A stretch of DNA of 64,000 bases from the IMG/VR virus record IMGVR_UViG_3300009130_000010, positions 38,930 to 102,929 of that record; one strand, written 5' to 3'. The first letter of the stretch is position 1; each line of letters starts with the position of its first letter. This document shows positions 8,140-16,601 of this stretch, in pieces. A program made the translations under genes and the position numbers. The notes under the pieces were generated by a model. That model was not told the DNA's origin and made no database searches. It saw only the letters and a program-made list of their open reading frames with translations. The stretch comes from a virus.

Positions 8140-8588
8140 TTAACAATATCAGCTTCGCTGATATGTTTTTTCGCTTTCGCTCAAAACACTTATTTGTTAT
8201 AACGAAATTTATTTCGTTTATCATTCAGATATTTTGCCCATACTTCACCCGCTAGGGGCAAAGTATAAGGTAGTTCATCATTCGAGTAACTCACCCATAA
8301 CGTCTAAGAAGATTTAGTATTACTACTAACGGAGGCGGAAACCCGCTAACCCCCTACTTCAGCTTCACATAAGTTTCGGAACATTTATTCACCCAGAACG
8401 TCGAATGTTTAAATGTTGAAGTTGTATCTTTTTCACAGAGCTTCATCTTTTAGCCTTTAAGTATAATGGCCTTCACTTGCTACAACCCAGATCTGAGTAC
8501 AGGTGTCTGTACCCTCAAGGGTATGTTTGTGAGGTAGCTATATAGTTGTTAATGTTTGCCTGAATGTTGCTGTTAATAGTATGTTATC
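8140..8588 (-). ncRNA. Candidate large structured non-coding RNA (alternatively an origin-like DNA element)
   Basis: ~500 bp with no ORF of 60 aa or more in an otherwise gene-dense genome; at least 8 hairpins; GNRA loops (GUAA, GAAA) and G-U wobbles that work only on the minus strand. Confidence 0.55.
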
Positions 8589-9101
8589 TTAGGCACACAA
8601 TGTTTTAACCAAATCTGAATTTCTTGTGAAAAATTCCTCAAAATTTGATATGCGCCAGTTAGAGCCTGTAGTGTTAGACCAGTAGTCTATATAGTTTTTT
8701 GATTTTGAATTGTGCCTAGTTTCTATGGCTATGAATTTGCCTACTTGATTGAATTTCATTATTAATATATTAAAGTCGTCTGGTACTGCTACATCCATTA
8801 GTTGAGATATCCACTCTTCTAACATTGGAATCGGTTCAGGTTGTAATAGTCTGTGAAACGGAAATGCTTTATAAAATTTACATTCCGCATTTAGTTTAGG
8901 AAAACTTTGTCCAGGGACAATGTCTCCTTTGAAGGCTCTTACTTGACCTTCGTGAAGTATTTCCATTCTAGCTTTATTAGACCCGCCCACATAAGCACCG
9001 GAACCAGGAGCTCTTATAAAACTTTCATTGTATAGTCCGGACAAGAATCTTGCGACATCTCGCTCCCAACCTGATCCTTTTGCTTTTTGTGGGCTTGGCA
9101 T
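8589..9101 (-). CDS. Holliday junction resolvase (Hjc-like PD-(D/E)xK nuclease)
   Basis: KAKGSGWERDVA, PGSGA, GDIV, AECK motifs. Confidence 0.8.
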   Translation of the reverse strand: MPSPQKAKGSGWERDVARFLSGLYNESFIRAPGSGAYVGGSNKARMEILHEGQVRAFKGDIVPGQSFPKLNAECKFYKAFPFHRLLQPEPIPMLEEWISQLMDVAVPDDFNILIMKFNQVGKFIAIETRHNSKSKNYIDYWSNTTGSNWRISNFEEFFTRNSDLVKTLCA

Positions 9102-9137
9102 AAATTTAAATTACTTTCTTATAAGAAAGAACTCTAA

Positions 9138-9317
9138 TTACATAGCGTTCTTTTTTTCTTGTATTTCTGCTCTACGAGATTTGCCTAACTTAGATAATTC
9201 ACCTAGTGCCTTACGAGCTCTAGTAGCCGCCGCTTTATTACCTTTGCTATCAAACTTGTCAGATTCGGTCATATAATTATTATATGCCTCAGTTATTTGC
9301 TCATGTAGTGTTGACAT
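9138..9317 (-). CDS. Histone H1-like (Hc1 family) small basic DNA-binding protein, 59 aa
   Basis: Below the ORF-track cutoff. MSTLHEQITEAYNNYMTESDKFDSKGNKAAATRARKALGELSKLGKSRRAEIQEKKNAM; GNKAAxTRARK is the Hc1-family motif; SD AGGAG. Confidence 0.8.
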   Translation of the reverse strand: MSTLHEQITEAYNNYMTESDKFDSKGNKAAATRARKALGELSKLGKSRRAEIQEKKNAM

Positions 9318-9396
9318 TTTTTTCTCCTATTAGCTGTATAATCCAGCTATTGTGTTTTATTTACTGTTTAAGGTACCTAGGACAACGATTTCTGAA

Positions 9397-9987
9397 CTAT
9401 TTCTTCGTTTTCTCCCAAACTACCATGTTATGATACTTTTTTTCACCTTCTGGTGTGGTTATACTATGTACTTTTTCAATACTAACAACTTTTAAATCAG
9501 TCTGTTTTTCCCAACCACCTTCTGTTATCCAATCTTTTGGAGTTATACACATACTACAATATAGTAACCCGTCGTCAGTTAAACTATCAGCTATATGCTT
9601 TGAAGCACTAGCATCAACGTGTCCAAATGTTAGTACGCCAATTGCTGTTAAGCATTTATATTTTTGTGGTAATGGTGCTTTAGTTATATCGTGTATCTTA
9701 GTAGTTCTATAATTACCTGCCACAAATCTATTAAGCATAGGTTGATTTAAATCGTAACCATCAATTAAGTATTTGTGATTTATTAATCCAAGTCCTACTT
9801 GACCGTTTCCACAACCAATGTCTCCTACTTCTGTTCCTTCTAGAAAATTATCTATAATCCAATTAGAAGCAATAGTATGACATACCCATCCTCGTTCATT
9901 TATAACTTCGTCATGATAGTTATCCCAACCATCATACAATTCGCTATTACTTTTTTTATAAATTTCGTCTAACCAATAATCAGTCAT
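9397..9987 (-). CDS. Class I SAM-dependent methyltransferase
   Basis: VGDIGCGNGQVG motif I; IDGYDLNQPML; GVLTFGHV. Confidence 0.85.
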   Translation of the reverse strand: MTDYWLDEIYKKSNSELYDGWDNYHDEVINERGWVCHTIASNWIIDNFLEGTEVGDIGCGNGQVGLGLINHKYLIDGYDLNQPMLNRFVAGNYRTTKIHDITKAPLPQKYKCLTAIGVLTFGHVDASASKHIADSLTDDGLLYCSMCITPKDWITEGGWEKQTDLKVVSIEKVHSITTPEGEKKYHNMVVWEKTKK

Positions 9988-10669
9988 AATATTTTACCAT
10001 GTCATTTAGGTTTTCTCTAGCTGTTCGATATTTGTTAATTATGTTTTTAGTATCTTCGTATCCAATACTCATACCACACAATACAATTTTTTCTTTATAC
10101 TCAGGTAATTCTTGTCTTACTATATCAGCATACTCTCCTAATGACCCCTGTGGACAGGTTGCCAGGCCATGTTCAACAGCTGACAACATAATCGACTGTA
10201 TAAACATACCATAGTCTACATAAGAACCTTTGCCTAATGCTCTGTCAATAAAAAATAATAACATAACAGGAGCATCAAACCCTCTATAATTTTTAGCATA
10301 TAACAAATTTTTACGTTCTGTCATTTCTCTAGTAATACCTAGTTGATTATATAAAGCTAATCCACATTCTTTTCTTCGTTGCTTATACTCTCCAAACCAT
10401 TCAGCATCTTTTTCACTAAACTTATCAAATGGATAATACTCGTAATCCATAACAGGTGTTATACCAGAACTAAATGCTTCTTCTAATTTGTTACATAAAT
10501 TATTTTTTGACGTACCTGTAAGTACAGCTACTTGCCAAGGTTGATGATTATCACCACTTGGTGCTTGTTTGGCTTGCTCTAATATTTTGTTTATAGTATC
10601 AATAGAAACTTCTTTATTTAAAAAAGCTCTTGTTGACTTACGAGTTGCTAAAGCATCACTAACTATCAT
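9980..10669 (-). CDS. Nitroreductase family flavoprotein
   Basis: RKSTRAF, APSGDNHQPW, GLATCPQG, GMSIGY. Confidence 0.9.
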   Translation of the reverse strand: MIVSDALATRKSTRAFLNKEVSIDTINKILEQAKQAPSGDNHQPWQVAVLTGTSKNNLCNKLEEAFSSGITPVMDYEYYPFDKFSEKDAEWFGEYKQRRKECGLALYNQLGITREMTERKNLLYAKNYRGFDAPVMLLFFIDRALGKGSYVDYGMFIQSIMLSAVEHGLATCPQGSLGEYADIVRQELPEYKEKIVLCGMSIGYEDTKNIINKYRTARENLNDMVKYYD

Positions 10670-12081
10670 ACTTCTGAATAATCCTTTACATTAACCTTAG
10701 AAATAATATGAGGAGGAAAACTATTTTTAACAATGGCAGGCAATTTACTTCTTTGAAATTTATTTGGACCAGAAAAATATAAATGTTCAGTTACATGATA
10801 TATATCGTGTGGTCGTTTAGCCTTTTGAGCATTATCAGTAAAGTGTTTAGCTACATCATTAGCATTAGCTGTTCCTGTATATATTAAGTAATGAAGTTCA
10901 TCTTGTTCGCAACTAGCAACATTTTCAACACCAGGAACTTCGAGTGCCAATGCTTCTACTAATCCTGTATAAATTTTTATACCACTTTTCATAAAGATAA
11001 CATCATCAAACACTCTACCAGAATAATACCATGTACCATTTTCATCTCTAAACTTATCACCATCTGTTTGCCAATCTAGTGTTCCGTACTTGTACCAAAG
11101 TACGCCTTCTTTGTCAAGTTTTAACTCCCCGTTATAAAGATGTTTTGTAAATCCATAAAAGTTTTTTATTGGATCACCTGGTCTATAAACAGCAACTGAA
11201 TGGCAATCTGCTTCTGTACTTGCCATCATATTGTAAATTGCTTTAAACTTAAATTTCTTTATAATACTTTTGAGAACTACTTCTGGTGTATGTCCTCCAG
11301 AACATTCCCAGTAATCTATAGGCCAATTGAAATCATCAGGACATTCATCAACTATCTTTTTAATAGCATTAGGATATGATATACAACAATTAGGTTTTGC
11401 TTTTACTATCTCCCCAGGTATATTATCTCCCCAATTTAAAAAATGTATACTACCACCTATTAAGTATATTCTTAACAAGTTATAAGGATTATAAGTAGCA
11501 GTAAATCCTGCTGTACAAAGAATTCTTGGTCGTTTATCTTTTGTAAATTCAGGTGCTATAGCAAATAAATGATTAGTAGATGCCTGTGCTGTACATCCTA
11601 ATAATGTCTGCCCATCTACAATAGCTTCTTCATGATCTTCGTAATCCCAAAAGAAAGGATACATTTCAAAAAACTCTTTAACTGTAGTTCCGCTTGTCAT
11701 ACCTCTATATATTTCTTTAGGATGTAATATAGTAGGTCCTGTTTCAGCTGGATCACTTAACATTGTTATTTTATTAGAACGTATAATACAAGTTGCTTTA
11801 CAACCTTTAATCAATCCTTCACGCTCCATCTTAGATTGTCTAGCGTCAGCCTGTGTAGCTGATCCACCGTTTTTAATACTAGCAAGTATCCATAAGTAAT
11901 CATCTATTGTAACTTGATCTTCTGCTATTACAAAAACAACGTGTGGTCCTATACCATGCTCTTTAAGTCTTTTAATTTTAGCATCTAAATTATCGTGTAA
12001 CTCTCCCCAAGTAATTTGTTCAGTAGAATTACTTAAAAAAATATCATCTTCACTGAGAGGTCCTTGTGTTTGTTTTAACAT
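10666..12081 (-). CDS. Divergent adenylate-forming (ANL / AMP-binding) ligase
   Basis: MTSGTT (A3), YNMMASTE (A5), WQTDGD (A7), GRVFDDVIFMKSGIKIY (A8), PNKFQR (A10 Lys). Confidence 0.7.
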   Translation of the reverse strand: MLKQTQGPLSEDDIFLSNSTEQITWGELHDNLDAKIKRLKEHGIGPHVVFVIAEDQVTIDDYLWILASIKNGGSATQADARQSKMEREGLIKGCKATCIIRSNKITMLSDPAETGPTILHPKEIYRGMTSGTTVKEFFEMYPFFWDYEDHEEAIVDGQTLLGCTAQASTNHLFAIAPEFTKDKRPRILCTAGFTATYNPYNLLRIYLIGGSIHFLNWGDNIPGEIVKAKPNCCISYPNAIKKIVDECPDDFNWPIDYWECSGGHTPEVVLKSIIKKFKFKAIYNMMASTEADCHSVAVYRPGDPIKNFYGFTKHLYNGELKLDKEGVLWYKYGTLDWQTDGDKFRDENGTWYYSGRVFDDVIFMKSGIKIYTGLVEALALEVPGVENVASCEQDELHYLIYTGTANANDVAKHFTDNAQKAKRPHDIYHVTEHLYFSGPNKFQRSKLPAIVKNSFPPHIISKVNVKDYSEV

Positions 12082-12082
12082 A

Positions 12083-12895
12083 TTATTCCTTAAAAATATT
12101 TGTGTAATCTAATGCTACACGCCAAAGTTCTCTACTTTTGTTTACAACAGGTGAACGTCTGTGTATAGTATACAATTGATCCATTAATAATAAATCACCT
12201 TTTTTAAATACAAAATGTTTTTGATAAATTGATCTGTCTAATGTTTTTTTATATTTTTCTTTTACAATATCTACGTTTACTGGCTCACCGTTTTGCCATG
12301 CTTTTTCTAACAATGGTGGTTGCCAATATAAAAACTCTTGCCCATCTACAGGATGTTTATTTACTGCTGGCATACAGTCATCACCGTCGTGATGAATTGG
12401 CATAACGTAATCATCTAAACTTGTATCAACATTTGATTCTTCTTTTGACCCATATATACCATAACTACTAAAATTGTTTAACTGTATATCAATAGAACGC
12501 CAATAGTCTTTTTCTTTTTCAGGTAACTCATTAAAAGCATCTCTATTGTTTAATAAACTAAAAACAGTATCAGGACATTCTCCTACACAATATAAAGCAA
12601 TTAGTATTTCTTTAAACTCACCTAAATGATGTATTGTGCCATTGGCGTGCCATTGTAGTTCTGTTTCTCCAAACAATCCACCTGGCATTACTCTTGCTAT
12701 GTCTGGATTTTCTTTTGGGTTATAATGAAATTGTCCCATTGTATCGTCGTCTGTATTTCCTATACGTCTACAATAGTCAACTAGTTGAGGTTGTGTTAAA
12801 TTTTGTTCATGATGAAATGTATATCCATCTTTTAATACTTGTTGAATTTCTGATTTTAATTCTGAATCTGTATATTCTAATACTTGTACAGTCAT
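12083..12895 (-). CDS. TauD/TfdA-family Fe(II)/2-oxoglutarate dioxygenase
   Basis: ELQWHANG, ALYC, HPVDG, GDLLLMDQLYTIHRR, RELWR; start moved to ATG 12895 (SD AGGGG). Confidence 0.8.
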   Translation of the reverse strand: MTVQVLEYTDSELKSEIQQVLKDGYTFHHEQNLTQPQLVDYCRRIGNTDDDTMGQFHYNPKENPDIARVMPGGLFGETELQWHANGTIHHLGEFKEILIALYCVGECPDTVFSLLNNRDAFNELPEKEKDYWRSIDIQLNNFSSYGIYGSKEESNVDTSLDDYVMPIHHDGDDCMPAVNKHPVDGQEFLYWQPPLLEKAWQNGEPVNVDIVKEKYKKTLDRSIYQKHFVFKKGDLLLMDQLYTIHRRSPVVNKSRELWRVALDYTNIFKE

Positions 12896-12928
12896 TGATA
12901 ACACCCTTTACTATGCTTTAATTACTTA

Positions 12929-13795
12929 TTATTTCTTCCAACGATCATCACGTTTATTGTATGCTTGAACAACTCTATCAATAATAATTGCTAAAGCAAC
13001 TATTGACAATCCACTTATAACACCTAATCCTAAAAATTGATTTCCAACAGCGTTCATAACTTGTGACCCTAACCCTCTAACACCAATCATTGATGCTATT
13101 ACTACCATTGCCAGTGCCATCATTATTGTTTGGTTAATACCACCAAAAATTGTTGCTCTTGCTAACGGTAATTCAACAAGAGCTAAAATATGTTTAGCTC
13201 GTAATCCTAATGCTTCTGCTGTTTCTATTAAATCTTTATTAATTTCTCGAATACCGATATTTGTAAATCTAATTACTGGTGGCATAGCATAAAAACATAT
13301 AGCAATTAAGCCAGGGACTTTGCCAAGTCCAAATAACATTATAACAGGAATTAGATATACAAAACTAGGAATAGTTTGCATGAAATCAAGCATAGGTAAA
13401 ATTATAGATTGTGCTTTATCTTTTTTTGCCATTAGTATTCCGAGAGGAATACCAAATGTAACACAAATAAATGTAGATACAGAAACTATAGCTAAAGTTC
13501 TCATGGTATCATCCCACATACCAACTAAACCTATAGCTATAAAGGCAGTCAATGATCCTAAAATTATTTTCCAGTTTTTAGTAAGAACCCATATTAATAA
13601 TCCTACTACTAATAAGAATACATAATATGGCGTTGCTAATAATAATTTTTCAAACCAAATAAGAAAATAGAGGAGTGGGGAAAGAAAGTCTTGGAAACTT
13701 TCTCCCCACGTACTAGCAAATTCTCTAAACGTACTGTCAATAAATTTCTTAATCGCTACTATGTTACTCTTTTCCAATGATGGAAAATTACTCAT
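12929..13795 (-). CDS. proW: Glycine betaine/proline ABC transporter permease
   Basis: LDFMQTIPSFVYLIP, EAA-like loop ETAEALG, GINQTIMMALAMVVIASMIG; multiple TM helices. Confidence 0.92.
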   Translation of the reverse strand: MSNFPSLEKSNIVAIKKFIDSTFREFASTWGESFQDFLSPLLYFLIWFEKLLLATPYYVFLLVVGLLIWVLTKNWKIILGSLTAFIAIGLVGMWDDTMRTLAIVSVSTFICVTFGIPLGILMAKKDKAQSIILPMLDFMQTIPSFVYLIPVIMLFGLGKVPGLIAICFYAMPPVIRFTNIGIREINKDLIETAEALGLRAKHILALVELPLARATIFGGINQTIMMALAMVVIASMIGVRGLGSQVMNAVGNQFLGLGVISGLSIVALAIIIDRVVQAYNKRDDRWKK

Positions 13796-13800
13796 AGCTA

Positions 13801-14826
13801 TTAATCAAGTGTTACGTTCAAGCCTAGCTTTTCAGCCGCCTCCGGCGTTACCCATTTAGACCAAGTTTCTTTATGTGATTTAAGAAACTCTATAGCAACG
13901 TCAGTTGGTGATGCTTGATTATCATTAGAATATATTAATAAAGTGTTTAATACATCACCTGGCATTTGCCTTTTAGATAGATAAACCATTACATCTGGAT
14001 GAAGACCCGATGTAACTACTGTGGCAATAATTGTTTCTGGATATGCTGATGGCTTTGGTCCAATACATTCATCATCAGGTAATGTTATACACTCCCAATT
14101 TTCTTGTCCAGCGAATTCAGTTTCAAAAGGAAGTTTTGACAATCCTAATTTACCTACTAATAATGTTGGTGACCAGTAATAACCGAAAAAGTTTTCCTTT
14201 TTAGTTACAGCACCAGTCCAAGCGGCATCTAAACCTACACCAGATCCAGGGTTAATAAGTTTCCAGCCTTTTGCCTCCATATCAAATGCTTCGAATAAAT
14301 TTTGATGTTGCATTTGACAAGCCCAGCCGTCAGGACAAATAGCAATTCCGCCTTTTGTCGCATCTTCTGGATGTGGAAATAGTTCTGGATGTTCAAGTAC
14401 CTTTTCAAAAGAAGTTAATTCCGGATGTGCTTCTAACACATAATCAGGAACATAAAATCCTTCACCAGCACCTTCAATAACTCCTATACTTGCTGTAAGT
14501 AATTTACCTTCAGCTACAGCTTCGTCATATCCAGCACCTAAAAATGAAGTCCAAGCTTCACTAAAAATATTAGGTGACTCTGTGGCTAACATTGACGTAA
14601 TAGTAGCTTCAGTTCCACCTGGAACTATTTCTACTTTATGTCCATAGCCTATTTTAAGTATTACAGTATCAATATGAGCCAATATCGTTCCCGATGGCCA
14701 ATTGAGTTCTGCTATTTTAATTTCGTCAGCTTTTGCTTGTGCTGTAAATAACCCGGCTGTTGAAACCATAGATATAAACAGCATACTGACTATAATTAAG
14801 AAACGTTTAATGTGTTTGCTAGTCAT
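13801..14826 (-). CDS. proX: Glycine betaine/proline ABC transporter substrate-binding protein
   Basis: Signal peptide; IAELNWPS, EAW, EGFYVPDY, CPDGWAC, GYYWSPT. Confidence 0.88.
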   Translation of the reverse strand: MTSKHIKRFLIIVSMLFISMVSTAGLFTAQAKADEIKIAELNWPSGTILAHIDTVILKIGYGHKVEIVPGGTEATITSMLATESPNIFSEAWTSFLGAGYDEAVAEGKLLTASIGVIEGAGEGFYVPDYVLEAHPELTSFEKVLEHPELFPHPEDATKGGIAICPDGWACQMQHQNLFEAFDMEAKGWKLINPGSGVGLDAAWTGAVTKKENFFGYYWSPTLLVGKLGLSKLPFETEFAGQENWECITLPDDECIGPKPSAYPETIIATVVTSGLHPDVMVYLSKRQMPGDVLNTLLIYSNDNQASPTDVAIEFLKSHKETWSKWVTPEAAEKLGLNVTLD

Positions 14827-14837
14827 TTCTTTCTCCT

Positions 14838-16601
14838 TTAGTTAACGTTAACGTCATTATTGTAACTGGTAAAACCGTTTTCTTTAGTAACGGTAAGCAC
14901 GTTGTTTACTCTACCAGCAAGTTCATCTCTATGTGAGATAAGCCATATGCTTTTCTTTCTTTCTCTTGATATCTTTTTCAAAACAGCAAGAGAGCTTTCA
15001 ACTCCAGAGGTGTCCATGCCTGAGTCAATCAACTCGTCGATAAACAACAAGTTTATAGGTTGGTATAGATTTTCCCAAACATCGCGGAAAGACCAACTTA
15101 ATGCTAATATCAATCTATTCCTCTCACCTCTGGATAAGTTATCAAAGTCAAGATCGCGACCTAACTCGGTGATCTCAATTGATAAATCATTTTGGAATAT
15201 CACTTTATGTGGTAATCCAATCTTGTCAAGATAGTATGTTAATCGTTTATTTAAGAATGCTAAATTCTGTTCAATAATACGTTTACGAACAAAACTATCT
15301 TTACTTGTTAGTAACTTGTATAAAAATTCTTGGTGTTCTTTTACGTTATTTAACTGTTCTAATACATCAAACGAGATCTCTTGAAGACCAGACTCTTCCA
15401 TTTCAGTTATTTGTTCATTATAGGTATTTTCTTCTGCTTGTTTATTTGTCAATTGATCTTCAAGAGTTGTTAACGTACTTTTATGATTGTGTGCTTCTGT
15501 GGCACTTTCATAAAAAGTTTCTGGTCGTTTACCAATATCAACTCTTAATAAAATTTGTTCAGCAACTCTATTATTTGCATTTTCTAATTCTTTTGTTATA
15601 TCTTTTTGTTCTTTCTGAAGATTTTTTAATTTTTCTTTATAATCTTTTAAATGTTTAATGTCTTGACCACAACTATCACAAGTATGATTTTCAACAAGTT
15701 TTAGACTGTCAGCAATTTTTTCTGATTCTTTAATAAGTCTATCTACTGCTCGTTCACTACTAGCTACCTCGGTCTCTAATAACGATTGTTCGTTTTTAAG
15801 AGTCATAAAATCATTTAATTGCTCATGTTGTTTTAATTCAGCATCAATGTCTACATCACCTAAATCAGCAATCGCTTTTTCTAATTTTTGTACTTGCTCG
15901 TCTTTACTATCTTCCCATAACTTACTTCTACGTTTAAGATTTTCTATTTGTTCTTTAATATGAGCATTTGCTTGTTCAACACCTTGTATTCTATATTCTT
16001 CTTCTTTAGCATCATCTCTATTTTTCTTCATCTGTTCTTTAAGTTTCTCAGATTTTTCACTTAATAAAGTAATACCTAATAGTTGCTCAATAATAGCACG
16101 TTGGTCATTATTTTTAAGTGCTAAAAAAGGTTCCGTGTAAGTGTTCAGTGCCACAACGTGTTTAAACATTTCGTGACCCATTTCAAGTAAACGATTTATT
16201 TCATGTTGTGTTTCTCTACTATCACCTTGAGCATTATCTTCTGCTTCTTGCTCTTGCTCATCAATATAAAATTTTAATAAGTTAGGTCTACGCCCACGTT
16301 CAATTTTATACTTCTTATCATTCTTTTCAAATTCTAAACAAACAAGCATATTCTTGGCGTTTGTTTTATTAATTAAATTGTCAACTCTAATCTTAGTAAG
16401 TGCTTGTCCGTATAAAGCATAACTTAAAGCATTAATGATTGTTGTTTTACCAGTACCATTTCTAGCACCTGTATCATCACCACCTAAGTCTAAGTTCTCT
16501 CCGAGTACAAGTGTTAAATCATCTCTATTGAAATCTATTGCCTGTGTGCTGTTACCCACACTCATAAAGTTCTTGACTGTAATACTGTTTAAGTTAAACA
16601 T
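14838..16601 (-). CDS. gp46: Recombination endonuclease ATPase subunit (Rad50/SbcC-like)
   Basis: KNFMS, Walker A NGTGKT, zinc hook CDSC, LSRGE signature, Walker B LLFIDE, ISH. Confidence 0.95.
   Translation of the reverse strand: MFNLNSITVKNFMSVGNSTQAIDFNRDDLTLVLGENLDLGGDDTGARNGTGKTTIINALSYALYGQALTKIRVDNLINKTNAKNMLVCLEFEKNDKKYKIERGRRPNLLKFYIDEQEQEAEDNAQGDSRETQHEINRLLEMGHEMFKHVVALNTYTEPFLALKNNDQRAIIEQLLGITLLSEKSEKLKEQMKKNRDDAKEEEYRIQGVEQANAHIKEQIENLKRRSKLWEDSKDEQVQKLEKAIADLGDVDIDAELKQHEQLNDFMTLKNEQSLLETEVASSERAVDRLIKESEKIADSLKLVENHTCDSCGQDIKHLKDYKEKLKNLQKEQKDITKELENANNRVAEQILLRVDIGKRPETFYESATEAHNHKSTLTTLEDQLTNKQAEENTYNEQITEMEESGLQEISFDVLEQLNNVKEHQEFLYKLLTSKDSFVRKRIIEQNLAFLNKRLTYYLDKIGLPHKVIFQNDLSIEITELGRDLDFDNLSRGERNRLILALSWSFRDVWENLYQPINLLFIDELIDSGMDTSGVESSLAVLKKISRERKKSIWLISHRDELAGRVNNVLTVTKENGFTSYNNDVNVN

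Noticed and set aside
8085-8588. tRNA, tmRNA, RNase P, CRISPR or retron interpretation of the intergenic element
   Set aside because: No cloverleaf or T-loop with CCA end, no RNase P P4 consensus, no regularly spaced identical repeats, and no reverse transcriptase in the window.
9311-9342. + strand TTGACA...TATAAT near the Hc1-like start
   Set aside because: The 20-nt spacer is too long and it points antisense into the methyltransferase; probably chance.
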